Shown here: piece by piece, positions 13,784 to 26,110 of the stretch
How the letters are laid out: each line of letters starts with the position of its first letter
How positions within the stretch are numbered: the stretch's first letter is position 1
Assembly: GCF_009914755.1 (NCBI RefSeq)
Contig: NC_060934.1
Strand: one strand, 5' to 3'
Length of the DNA stretch: 64,000 bases
Source of the DNA: the human T2T-CHM13v2.0 reference genome, Homo sapiens
Notes under the pieces: generated by a model
What the model was told of the DNA's origin: nothing
The model's input: the letters and a program-made list of their open reading frames with translations, nothing else
Database searches by the model: none
Program-made: the position numbers and the translations under genes

Positions 13784-15049
13784 CTACCCAAAGTGATTTA
13801 CAGATTCAATGCAATCTTTAGGAAAATATCGATGACAGTCTTCCCAGAAGTAGAAAAAATCTTAAAATGTATATGAAGCAACAAAGATTCTAGATAGCCA
13901 AAGAAATCCTGAGCAAAAAGAATAAACTGGAGGCACCACACTGTCTTCAAAATATACTACAAAGTTATAATAACACAAATAGCATGATTCCAACAGACCA
14001 ATGGAACAGAATAGAAAACCCTGAAATAAATCTATGCATTATAGCCAACTCATTTTCAACAAAGGTGCCAGGAACATACATTTGGGAAAGAAAAGTCTCT
14101 TCAAGAAATAGTGCTGTTAAAACTAGATATCCATATGCAAAAGAATAAGACTGACTAGTCTCCTTTCTGTCACCATGTAAAAATATATATATATTAAAAT
14201 CAAATGTGTTAAATATAAGACCTGAAATTATGAAACTATTAGAAGAAAATATTCGGGAACTGCTTTTGGCCATTTTTCCTGGCAAGGATTTTTGGGGTAC
14301 AATCTCCAAAACGTAGACAACAAAATTTATATAGAAAAATATATACTGCTAGAAATCAAACAACTAACAGAGTGAAGAGACAACTCATAGAATGGGAGAC
14401 AATATTTGTTAATTATGCATCCTACAAGGGATTAATAACCAGAATATATAAGGAACTCAACAGCAGAATCATCATCATCATCTGATTAAACGATGAGGAA
14501 ATAATGAGTAGACATTTCTTAAAAAAAGACATACAAATGGATAACAATTATTTTAAAAACGCACAACATCATTAATCATCAGGGAAATGCAAATCAAAAC
14601 CGCAGTGAGATATCACCTCACCCCAGTTGGAATGGCTGTTATAACAAGACAAAAAATAACTGATACTGGTGAGGATGTGGAGAAAAAGAAACTCACACAT
14701 TGTTGATTTTATTGAAGTAGGGCATAGAATGGTGGTTATCAGGAGCTGGGAAGGGTATGGGAAAGGAGGATGAAAAGACATTGGTTAATGCATGCAAAGT
14801 ATAGTTAGATAGAAGAAATAAGTTCTAATATTTGATAGCACAGTTAGGTGACTAAACAATTTATTGTATATTTCAACATAACTAGAGTAGAAAATTCAAA
14901 ATGTTCCCAAGAAAGAAATGATAAATGCTGAGGTGATGGGTACCCCAACTACACTGATAGGATTTTTACATGTTGTATACATATATCAGAATATCACATG
15001 TATACCAGAAATTTGTATAATTATTATGTATCAATAAAAAAAGAAAAAG

Positions 15050-15330
15050 CCTAGGTTAATGAAGAAAAAGAAACACTGAGAGGGTATTCCAGACTTGAAA
15101 AAGATAAAGTACCATGGCAAGCAAGTACAAATATGATTCTAGATGGAACCTGCATCCAGTTTTTGTTTGTTTTTAAATTGTTTTTGTTATAAACTACACT
15201 GAAATAATAACTGGTAAATATAAATATGGTCAAGATTAGATAATATTATTCTGATTAATATGATTCATGGGTTTTGATAAAAGTACTCTGAGTTTGTAAG
15301 AAAATATTCTTTGTCATATGAAATAGACTG
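15050..15330 (+). mobile_element. L1MC-type 3' UTR fragment, right part
   Basis: aggttaatgaagaaaaagaaacactgagagggtattccagac...tgattctagatggaacctg continues the 8620-8740 fragment. Confidence 0.55.
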
Positions 15331-15344
15331 ATGTATTTCAGAAA

Positions 15345-16090
15345 TAAATTTCAAACTTTGACAACATACAGAGTATGCTCTCTGCCTAAAATGAAATTAA
15401 ATTAGAAATAAACAAAAACAAAATAAATAGAAAAGCCTCACATAGTTGAAAATTAAATAGTGAATGTCTAGATAACCATTGGTTTGGAATTATTTTAAAC
15501 TAAATAATAATACATAACATAAAATGTTGGTGATGCTCATAAAATAGCATTTATTTAAATGAAAACTTTAAAATCTGGTCCTATTCAAAAATAAAAGTTT
15601 AAAATTAGTTATCTAAACTTCCACACTGAGGTTAAAAAAAATGAGCAAATTAAAACCAAATTAATAGAGGAGATAATAAAGGTAATAGAAGAAATGGATG
15701 AACTAAAGAACAGATAAACAATAGAAAAAATTAGAGCCAGTTTTTAGTATGAAATAAAATTAAGTTCTAGAAATACTTATCAAAAACAAGTAAAATATAT
15801 AAATTATCAATCTCAGGAATGAAATGAGACATCACTAAAGATCATAGAGATATAAAAATGATAAGATAATACAAAGAATATGCTGACACATTCAAACATT
15901 AATTGCAATGGAACTATTTCCCGAAAAATAATTATAAAACCAATATAAAATAGAAAATTTGAAAATCCCCATATCTATTAATGTATTTAAATCTGTCATC
16001 AAATTATTTCCATAAAGAAAACTCTAACACCAGAGGGTTCAATTGATAACTTTTATTAAATATTTAGAATAAGAAACATTGCCAATCTTA
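15345..16090 (+). mobile_element. Old L1 ORF2 fragment
   Basis: A-rich decayed ORF2 words (aattaaattagaaataaa, caggaatgaaatgagacatcacta, aaagaaaactctaacaccagaggg). Confidence 0.6.
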
Positions 16091-16445
16091 AAAGGGGAGA
16101 TGAATTACTGATGCTACAACATGAATGAAACTTAAGAACATTATGTTAAATGAAAGAAGCCAATCACAAAAGACACATATTATGATCCCATTTGTATGAA
16201 AGGAATAGGAATATCAATTGGGACAAAAAGTAGATTAGCAATTATCTAGGTCTGGGGAGGTTGAGGTGTAGTGGACAGTGGCTGCTAACTAGTATGAGGT
16301 TTCTTTTGGGGGTTTTGAAAATGTTCTACAATTGTTTGTAGTGATGATTGCACACTTTATGAATATTAGAAAACAATGAATTATGTAATTTAAATGTATA
16401 AATTGTATAACATATGAATTATATCTAAATAATGATACTAATAAG
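16091..16445 (+). mobile_element. L1MB/L1ME-type 3' end
   Basis: gctacaacatgaatgaaactta..aacattatgttaaatgaaagaagccaatcacaaaagac ... tgaattatatctaaataa. Confidence 0.8.
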
Positions 16446-16509
16446 AAAGAAAAATACATCATAAACAATGAAGTTTTCCCCAAGAATTTTTTTAAAAAAG
16501 CTATTTCAA

Positions 16510-16800
16510 GGGTGGGTATTGTGGTTCACACCTGTAATCCCAGCACTTTGGGAGGCTGACTGGGAGAATCACTTGAGCCTAGGAGTTCAAGACAAGCCTA
16601 GGCAATAGAGAAAGACCCTACTTCTACAAAAATAAAAAAAAAATAGCTTGGCATGGTAGTACATGCCTGTAGTCCCAGCTACTTGGGAGGCTAAGTGGAA
16701 GGATTGCTTGTGCCTGGAAGATCGAGGCTGCAGTGAGTCATCATGGCTCTGCACTCCAGCCTAAGAAACAGAGCAAGACCCTGTCTCAAAAATAAATAAA
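16510..16800 (+). mobile_element. Alu (AluJ-like)
   Basis: Dimeric Alu; TSD-like aaagctatttcaa / aaattatttcca. Confidence 0.95.
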
Positions 16801-17529
16801 ATTATTTCCATGTATGAAAATCAATGTAATTCATAATATCACCAGAATTAAAGAAGAGAGACCTTATATCATTAGATGTAGAGGGAAATTTATAAATTTT
16901 ACCACCCATTAGGAAAAAAAGAAAACATTGTCAACAATGTTGGAATAGAAGGAAATTTTCTTAATAAGGGGCATATATGGAATAATTAAGTGTCTATTAT
17001 AGGACTAAAATTGATGGCATACACGTCGGCATGCATACGTGTGTGCATATGTTTTTATTTTTTCTTCGTTTTCACCTCTCTTTCTTCTATAACAAGATGT
17101 TGTTGTAGTCTCTCAAAGGGATCACTTTCCTGATTGTACACTTTTCACCCTTTTTATTATTCTGGTCTTTATGAGAACTCTTTTCTGATTTCTAAGCACC
17201 TGTATGTCACAAACCAGTTTGCATTATGTGCCTCTATCTGCCATCTCACACTTGTACACTCATACTTACATGAGTTGGGGAATAGGGAATAGCTGCTATG
17301 TGCTGGTAAGAATATATGGGCCTTTCGGCATTGTGCATCTACAGGAGCTAGCAGATGTGGAACCCAAGGAAGATGCTGATTCATCAAACAGAATAGGAAA
17401 ATAAAACCGTACTGAAATAGAGAACAAATGCACAATTCCAAGAGTTGGTGGGATATAAAGTATCTGTGTTCAGATGAATGAGAAGCCTGATGCAAATTTT
17501 CTATAGTAGATATTATTGTTAGCTAATTA

Positions 17530-17755
17530 GAGCTAACATTTGTTGGGCACTTAACATGTGCCAGCCATTATCCAAATCCCCTTTAAACATTACTTTATTT
17601 AAACTTCATAACAAATTTATGAGTTAGTATTATTTTCTCCATTAAAAAGGGAAAATGATAATCATAAAGATTAAATAACTTGGCACTATCACATGGCTTT
17701 TAAATGGATCAAGAATTAAAAACAGTCAGTGTAATTACACAATTGCAACTCATCT
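17530..17755 (-). mobile_element. MIR
   Basis: agctaacatttgttgggcacttaacatgtgccag...ttaaataacttggcac. Confidence 0.7.
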
Positions 17756-19744
17756 GCCAATATTGATATGCCTGAATTAGAGGTGACAAGAGGAAACCAA
17801 CAGCTTTCCTTTCTTCAGGGCTCATAGAGTTCAGTCTTTGTATTTTCTAAAAGTTAATACTTAAAAGAGACTTCACCCATTAATACAGTTCAATCTAGTT
17901 GGATTTCTATTACCTGCTATACCAATTCATAAAATACTTGTACTATGTGGTATACAGTTAGAAATAAATCTTGTTTTGCAGAATTTTCCATGAGAGATTT
18001 TATATCTATTCTTACTCATAAATGATCTTACATTGAATATGCACATGTTGCATGTTATTTATATAAATGAGATAAGATAAACAGCAGTTCTACATTGGAG
18101 TCTATTTTTGTCCGCACTATAGCTTAATTTTCCACAGTTAGTTTAACCAGAGATATTATTTCAATTGGCTTGTTAGAATCCTTAGTTGTGTTCCTCACAG
18201 ATTTTGATTTTATATGTGCAATTGCTCAGACAATGGGTTTTTGTAGCCATTGAATCTTTTATAGTGATTTCTCTAGAGATCTTGCTTTCTTTTTTTAATA
18301 CGACCCTGACACCATTAACTTAAAATATGGTTGCTTAGTAATAAAATACATTGAATATGTCATGTATTCATACTTTGTAGTATGTTTGCTGCAGATGCCT
18401 GAGAATTTTTTTTCTCACTTTTCCACTGTTTTGCAGGAGGAGTCTTTGGCATGACTGTGTTAATGTAAAAGGTATTAATTCTAGGTGATTCTAGGTATAC
18501 AGACAAGCCTCCAAGATTTCAGAACCAGAGGTTTTTCAGTTTAGCTATGTCAGGTCTGTTATGTGTGTTAAATATATAGCAAGAACTAGAGCAAAGATAA
18601 TAAATAGACCCAGAATTAGCCACTTAGGCATGACTGCCAGCTTTTTGCTCAAGAAAACAACAGTGTCAGGATCCATCGTGAAGTCTCCCAGAGTTCTGAG
18701 AAGCAGGGGGAAACCTGAGAGCATTTTCCATATCCAATAGAACTTTAGAAGAACTGATAATTTAGGAAGGGAAATTTCGATAATTTTTATACATATATGT
18801 TTTATAGACATTTTCTAATGTTCCACAGAACTTAAAAGTTAGGAGGTAAAATCAGTTAACCTTGCATACACTGTTTGAGATGTGAATTTAAGAACAACAA
18901 CAAAAATTCCTACTGTCCTGGGAAAAAGTAAATCAAAGAAACATGGAGTCAAGTGTCAGGGTCAGACTCTAAATTGTTCTTGCAGCTGTTAGTAGGCAGG
19001 AAGTCAAAGCCAATTATTATCTGAGTGAGAGACATGTCAATCCATCAGCCACAGCATGGTGTACTGAACATTGCCTTACGACTTTCAAATCTAGAAATAG
19101 GAAGAAAGGCCCATGTTGACAAGTGTGAGGGAATTTCCACCAATGTCCAAGATGAAGAAGTGTTACCATTTTTCATTTTTCTACTATTGATAATCTGTTA
19201 TCTAATCTCAGCTGCCTCCACTCTTTCTTCCATATGTAAACTCATTAACTCTGATACTGGGACTTGCTACAATATGACAAAGTTATGCCATTTTTCAAAG
19301 TGTGAAATATGTCATATACATGTACAATCTGAACCCCAAGCTGGTAGTGACATTGTGGCTTCTCTGATGGAAATTTTTAATATAATTCATAGAAAAACAG
19401 CATAAGAAACAGTATAGTTTTTATGGATCATTTTCTTTCTTTGTTTTTGAAACAAAAGAAAACATCAAATACTGATTAATGTCCTCATTTCAGAAATGCT
19501 ACCCTCAGTGAACTCAACAATAAGCAGTAACTGGGAGCTTCCAGAAGATAAATATAAAATGGTCTTAGAGGAAAATAAACAACTTTTTCATTATTAAAAG
19601 CACCCTAAAGGAATTTTTGGTCTTTGAACTGAGACTGTTCTTTCATGAAGCATGAAGGATAGACACTATCTTGGATCAATTGTTTGCTTTGAAGTTAGTT
19701 TCCTTCAATTGTATGTTTTATATAACTTGACCCATCATCATAAG

Positions 19745-20320
19745 CCTGGGTTTGAATCCCAACAGTATGACACCCAGGTGTCTCTTAATCTTTGCACATA
19801 GTGATGTACCTTGAACCCAGAAAATCTGAGACAGGTCCCAATTAATTTAGGAAGCTTATTTTGCCAAGATCGAGGACACACCTGTGACACAGCCTCAGGA
19901 AGTCCTGATGACATGTACCCAAGGTGGTCACAGCACAGCTTGGTTTTATATATTTAGGGAGACAGGAGACATCAATCAATATATGTAAGAAGTACATTGG
20001 TTTGGTCTGGAAAGGTGAGACAACTTGAAGCAAAGGCAGGAAGACTGGAAGCAGGGAGGGAGCTTCCAGGTCACAGACAGGTGATCGACAAATGGTTACA
20101 TTCTTTTGAGTTTCTGATTAGCCTTTCCAAAGAAGGCAAATTAGATATGCATCTAATTTGAATAGAATGGGAGGCAGGTTTGGCCTAAGCAGTTTCCAGC
20201 TTGAATCTTCCTTACTGATTTGGAGGCCCAAGATATTTTCCTTTCATAACCTCATAAGGATGTCGTGGGGCTCAGAACAATTTATGCATATAAAATAATC
20301 CAGTCCATATAGCTTGGTGT
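19745..20320 (+). mobile_element. MIR split by the MER4A1 LTR
   Basis: cctgggtttgaatccc...gtacct | acctcataaggatgtcgtgggg rejoins to the MIR core. Confidence 0.55.
19812..20248 (-). mobile_element. MER4A1-like ERV1 solo LTR
   Basis: tgaacccagaaaatctgagacagg ... ggcccaagatattttcctttcata; acct on both flanks. Confidence 0.88.
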
Positions 20321-20327
20321 TTATTCA

Positions 20328-20480
20328 GGCTCTATAATCAGATAGACTTGGCTTTGAACCTTAGCTTCATCTCTTACTAGCTGTGTAGCCTTGAACAACT
20401 ACAGAATCTCTTAAGAAGTTTAGTTTCTTTATCTGTAAAGTGGGGAAAATAATTCCCTAGCCCCCAGGGTTGTTCTGAAG
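20328..20480 (+). mobile_element. MIR
   Basis: cttactagctgtgtagccttgaacaa...agtttctttatctgtaaagtgggga MIR core. Confidence 0.8.
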
Positions 20481-20712
20481 TGACAGATGCTATCAAAATT
20501 TCTTATTGACATGTAAAGTAGTAGTATTTAGTATTCCCTCACTCCTATATCGTAGCATAGCTTTAGTAATGCTCATTCTCACCCTAAGATGTCTTCCTCT
20601 GTCCATCTTTTCTGCACACTGACCTTCCAGAATAGTCTTAGAATAGTCATTTTTTTTCTTTGCTGTTTGTCTTTTCAGGAGTTTGTATTAAAAGACTCCT
20701 TTATAAACAGCA

Positions 20713-21000
20713 CACATCTGTAATCCCAGCACTTGGGGAAGCTGTGGCCGGGTGGGTTGATTAAGCTCGAGTTCGAGACCAGCCATGGCAACATGGCAAA
20801 ACCCCATCTCTGCAAAAAATACAAAAATTAGCTGGGCGTGTTGATGGGCGCCTGTAGTCCTAGTTACTTGGGAGACTGAGGTGGGGAATCACTGGAACCC
20901 AGAAGGTCAAGACTGCAGTGAACCGAGATCATACTACTGCCCTCCAGCCTGGGCAACAGAGGGAGACCCTGTCTCACAAAAAAAAAAAAAAAAAAAAAAA
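20713..21000 (+). mobile_element. Alu (old, AluJb-like), missing about 17 nt at the 5' end
   Basis: Begins at cacatctgtaatcccagc; long A tail; TSD aaaagactccttt at 20690-20702 and 20997-21009. Confidence 0.95.
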
Positions 21001-21084
21001 GACTCCTTTCTGACAAATGTGTATGGTCTAAGCTCTCAGAGGCAAAATCGTGTACCTGTTCAGTATCCTTGGAACCAACCTGAG

Positions 21085-21275
21085 TGGAAATACTGGCTAT
21101 TACAACTATGTGATGTTTGAACAACTTAATTAAACTTTCTGCATCTCAATTTTTTTTTTCTGTAAAAGGAGGGTAACATAGTCCTTTCCCTATAGGTCTT
21201 TGTTGTCAGGAAGCAAGATAATCATGAAACATTGAAGACAAATCTGGTATACAGAAGTGTTAAGTAAAATTAGCT
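21085..21275 (+). mobile_element. MIR
   Basis: aactatgtgatgtttgaacaac...catctcaattt...tctgtaaaaggagggtaa. Confidence 0.65.
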
Positions 21276-22537
21276 AGCTTTTTCCTAATTATGAGAAAAC
21301 TCCAACTATTAGAAAGTTCTTTACATTCTTATATCCTGCCTACCATAGTATTCACTTTTAATTATATAATTATATTCTGTGGCAATGATTATATCACTTT
21401 TGACAGGACACTCCTTCAACTGATGTGTCCTGGTAAAATTTTCATAGAATTTCTGTGTATTTTGCTTTATTTATGAGTCAATGTAAGATTTTAAAATTTT
21501 TAAATAATCCTGATTTTAGATATTAAAGATTGGTTCAAAAAATCTTGGATATTTTTAAAAGAAAGTGGTAGTATAAACATTTATCACCCATAAAGGAGGC
21601 TCTTTGTTTTTCCCGATTTTACTAAAAAATCTGAAGGAGTAAAATAATGAAAACTTTTCATTCAGAATATGAATGCTTCAGTATCTGCTATCTCTGCACT
21701 TCAACAGCTTTGTTAGACAGTTACGGTTAAGATCATTTGGCCTTATAAATTTGAGGACGATTTAGAGAAGATTTTTTTTCTGCAGTAAAATGCAAATAAA
21801 TTTTACCAACTGCTGCATATTTTCCTTTAGGTCACAGAGGGCCTAAACTGGATGTAATATACCTTTCAGAGTAATTTCTCAGATTTTTCCCAAAAAAACA
21901 CATTTTTAAGTGAAATTGCAATTCTAATTTGCTAAACAACAACAACAACAATACAAAACAATGGCAATAAGAATGACTAAGAGGAAGGACTAAACTAAGG
22001 GGAGCATGTTTGTTGCTGTTGTTGTTGCTATCCCCTGAGGATTAGTTTTTTGAGTACTGGATATTTTTTCTTTCATAGTTTCCTTGAAGAATAGTAAGGG
22101 ACTTGAGTAGTCACCTTCCCAGAGATTCACTCTGAATTTGTTTGCATTGCCTGGTCCAAGTTCCTGTTTCCATAAAGAACAGCTGATTTCATGTTTATGA
22201 GAGCCCATAAAATCTAGCTCATGTACCTGATGTAGGCTCCTTTGGGGAGAATTAGTTTCTAGATAAATCTGTTCTCAGATACTTGCTCTCATGCAACCAA
22301 CTGAAAATTGAAACCTATGCGACAACTTCAAACAGTGTTCCACCTCACCTTTCTAACTTGGGACACAAATATTTGTGATTACCATGATTATTACTTAATT
22401 TTTAAAGCTCTGGAGAATCCACATGGCTTAAAACCTATTAAAAAAGATAAATTATAACTATACAGAACTTATTGTGTGCCATTCACTGTGTTAATTAATT
22501 TATATTCACTCATTTAATATGGTTTGAGGTTAGTACT

Positions 22538-23008
22538 TGGTATGGTTTGGATCTAGGCTCAGAATGCAAGAGTAAAGGAGCCTTGACAACTTCCACCTAG
22601 ATTTCAGAAGATGTACAATATGGTTTGGCTATGGGTCCCCACCCAAATCTTATGTCAAATTGCAATCCCCAGTGTTGGAGGTGAGGCCTGGTGTGAGGTG
22701 ATTGGATCACAGGGGTGGGTTTCTTATGAATGGTTCAGCACCATCCCCTCAGTGCTGTTCTTGTCATAGTGAGTTATTGTGAGATCTGCTTGTTTAAAAT
22801 GTGTAGCACCTCTCCACTCTCTCTCCCTCCTGCTCTGACTTACCCTTCACCTTCTGCCATAATTGTAAGTTTCCTGAGACCTCCCCAGAAGCAACAGCCA
22901 TTGTTTCCTGTACACCTTGCAGAACTGTAAGGCAATTAAATGTCTTTTCTTTATAAATTACCCAGTTTCAGGTATTTCTTTAGAGCAATGTGAGAAGGGA
23001 CTAATACA
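22538..23008 (+). mobile_element. Collapsed MST-type MaLR: 5' LTR stub, about 60 bp of internal region and complete 3' LTR, inserted in a minus-strand MIR
   Basis: tggtatggtttggatct (22538-22554), internal word cctagatttcagaagatgta (also at 38679 in the full element), LTR 22616-23008 ending ctaataca; TSD gtact/gtaca. Confidence 0.85.
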
Positions 23009-23068
23009 GTACATTTATTATTCCCCATTCCATAGGTGATACACACAGAGTAAGGGACTTCCAAAAGT

Positions 23069-23186
23069 CATATATATGTACACACACATGTACATACACA
23101 CAATACATACATATATATACATGCATATATATATACACATATATACACAAACATATATATACACACACATATACATATATACATAC

Positions 23187-23220
<34 letters not shown>

Positions 23221-23251
23221 GTACATACATATATATATGTACATACATACA
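23069..23251. repeat. Compound (TA)/(CA)/(TACA)n microsatellite
   Basis: About 180 bp of near-continuous alternating purine/pyrimidine sequence lying inside the MIR. Confidence 0.95.
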
Positions 23252-23586
23252 TTTAAACTCTATCTTAGACATCTGATTCTTATTAGGCTGTAACATGCCT
23301 CAAAGTGCAGCATTAGGGAAATGAGTGGAGATCTTCAATGAAGTATTAGTTTTATCTTTAAATGTTCATTGCATTTTTAACATTTGAAACTTTTTTTAGT
23401 TCTTTTTTTTTCTTTACTATGTGAGTGATTATTCCAATTTTGTTTGGACCACATGTCCAAGACTTGTTGATTATGCTGAAGTGAAGCCCAGTTCAGGGAT
23501 CTGAATTCTACCTTGGAGTGTTTCTCTAGTACACTTACTACCTAGAAAATCAAAGGATGTCAAATGCAAGTACTTCTTAGAAATCA

Positions 23587-23970
<384 letters not shown>

Positions 23971-24550
23971 TCACTTATTTGTTGGCCATCTCTCCTAAAG
24001 TTCCATATATCAGAAAATCACAAGGGAAGGAATTTTCAAGGTGAATTAATTACAAATTTTGGGGACACAGGTAGTGACCTTATTAAGGCATTATAACCAT
24101 TTACAAAATATTTTCTTATTCAGTCATTCAACCATTTGCTTTCCATGTTCTGTAGCCAGACTACATAATTTATATTGTAACTCATAATAACATTAGTATA
24201 TAATATTTTATATTTTCACTCATAATTAAGTAGCTGTTACTTTGAGCACTTCATTTGAAATCTTTAAGACTTATAAAATAGAAATAATTGTTGCAAATTT
24301 TTAAAGGAGTATTAAGGACATATAATGGGAAAATACATATAAAGCACATACTATCCACTAAGGCACTAAAACTAATCTCACTCCCATCTTTCTCTTTTAA
24401 ACTTGATTGTAACTTCTCCATGCTGGATACTTTAAAGACACTGCTCCCATTCATTATATCATTCCCCTATTCAAAAGCTTTCCTTTATTCTTATGATTTA
24501 AGTTTGAATTTTTCACTCTGGCATAGTAAAATTTTTAATAAATCTTGAGT

Positions 24551-24593
<43 letters not shown>

Positions 24594-24597
24594 TCAC
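24551..24597. repeat. (CG)n(CA)n microsatellite
   Basis: cgtgcgcgcgcgcacaca...cactcac read directly. Confidence 0.95.
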
Positions 24598-24659
24598 AGC
24601 CCTGTCTCCCATAAAACACCTCTTTAGGTTGCAGGCCCTTCCAAAGCATCCCCTTGTTA

Positions 24660-25030
24660 CATACCTCTAATACACAAGCTGAAACCTTCACTTCTAGCTA
24701 AACTCTACTTATCTTGCCTTCCCAGCTAAAGAGATTATTCCAGCTACACAAGGTTCAGTGCACATACTTTTGCCCCAAGAAACATTTTATGATTCCTAGA
24801 ATGGCATGTACCTTCCTCTCTGAAACTCTGCAGTAATTTGTATGTACTTATTTTATGGTAATTATCTAAAGTTGCCCAGCATTTTCGTGTTTTATGTATG
24901 TTTCTGATCTCTATAATTGGAAAATGAGTTTCCCGAAGAAACATGGCCTACTCAGCTTTGAATGCTTTTTAGTGTCTATCGCAGTGTATGGCAAACAATA
25001 GACATGCAATAAATAATTGGTCAAATTGAA
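24660..25030 (+). mobile_element. L2 3' fragment
   Basis: gtctatcgcagtgtatggcaaacaatagacatgcaataaataattggtcaaattgaat resembles the L2 terminus. Confidence 0.5.
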
Positions 25031-25834
25031 TTACAAAGCTTAGTTGTTTCATCCTCATGAAGGATGTGATAGAAGTCGCATAGCAGCTTAAATTCCCCAT
25101 GAATGAATTTTTCTAGCTGCTTATTAAGGGCTATTTACTTCCACTAACAGTTGGACAGGTGGTAGGGTCATTAGACTAATTGTCTAGTTGTGGGTTCAGC
25201 TGTGCTTTTGAATGGTCAGCAATGCACTTTACTGTGGATAACTGTGTTGGAATGACTTTTAGTATTACATGTATAGTCAAATAAATGTTCATTAAAAGTA
25301 ATAGAGAGCAGATGATGACTTTAATTTTCTTGTTATTTTCCATAGAATATATTGTAAGTACAGCTATTGATAAGCCAATGTGGTAAATATAAACATCATT
25401 TATATATTTTTTACTGTGGTGGTAGGAGAAGGTTCAAATTCAAGTAATCTGTAAAATCAATTCAATTGTCATATTTTACTGAAAATAAGTGACAAGTAAA
25501 ACCCAGGAACAACCCTTGGAGGCCTTTGCTGGCTTAATGAGCCCTTTTGAATGGGAAGCACGAGGAGGCAAGGTGGTCAAGTAATGAGACCTTTCAATTT
25601 TCATTTTGAGGTTTAATGTCTTTATAATTAAAGAAGTTATAGGCATCAAAAATATTTTATACTTATTTTTGAAGAAAAAACAGTAATAGATTGTGTTAGT
25701 AAATGTCTTATTCCATATCTTCTTGTGGTCTAGAGTTACATTTCCAGGTTCAAACAAGCTTTCTTCTGCATTTTAAAGATTAACACACTATCATCTAGGA
25801 AACGGTGGCTTGGTTATATCAAACTGTAATTTGA

Positions 25835-26107
25835 GGCCAGGCACAGTGGGTCATGCCTATAATCCTAGTGCTGTGGGAGCCCGAGGTGGGAGAAACTCTT
25901 CAGGCCAAGAGTTTGAGACGAGCCTGGGCAACATAGCAAGACCCTATCTCTATAATTTTTTAAAAAACTAACCAGACAGGGTAGTGTATGCCTGTATTTC
26001 CAGATACTCAGGACACTAAGGTGGGAGGATCACTTGACCTAGGACTTTAAGGTTACAATGATGATGCCACTGCACTTCAGCATGGGTGACAGAGCAAGAT
26101 CCTGTCT

Positions 26108-26110
<3 letters not shown>
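25835..26110 (+). mobile_element. Alu (AluJ-like)
   Basis: Diverged dimeric Alu; TSD aactgtaatt lies outside the (AC)n tract. Confidence 0.93.

Larger units (their letters stand above)
8741..15047 (+). mobile_element. Near full-length decayed LINE-1 (L1MA-type 3' end), interrupted by two Alus and a THE1 LTR, with internal deletions
   Basis: GC-richer 5' UTR (about 8.74-9.45 kb), ORF1 remnant (about 9.5-10.7 kb), ORF2 remnant from aagatggcagtagg (about 11175), L1MA-type 3' UTR with aataaa and A tail at about 15033-15047. Confidence 0.9.

Noticed and set aside
18400-18480. Plus-strand acceptor ttttgcag (18436) with possible donor aag|gtatta
   Set aside because: Weak donor, no partner exons; expected by chance in T-rich DNA.
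19025-19405. 126-aa ORF in unique sequence
   Set aside because: GTG start, no recognisable domain, no supporting gene structure.
19808-20252. Perfect acct TSD around MER4A1
   Set aside because: The host MIR consensus already contains acctacct at this position, so the match is not independent evidence.
23001-23296. Y/I/M/C/V- and H/T/Y-rich ORFs
   Set aside because: Translation of the dinucleotide repeat.
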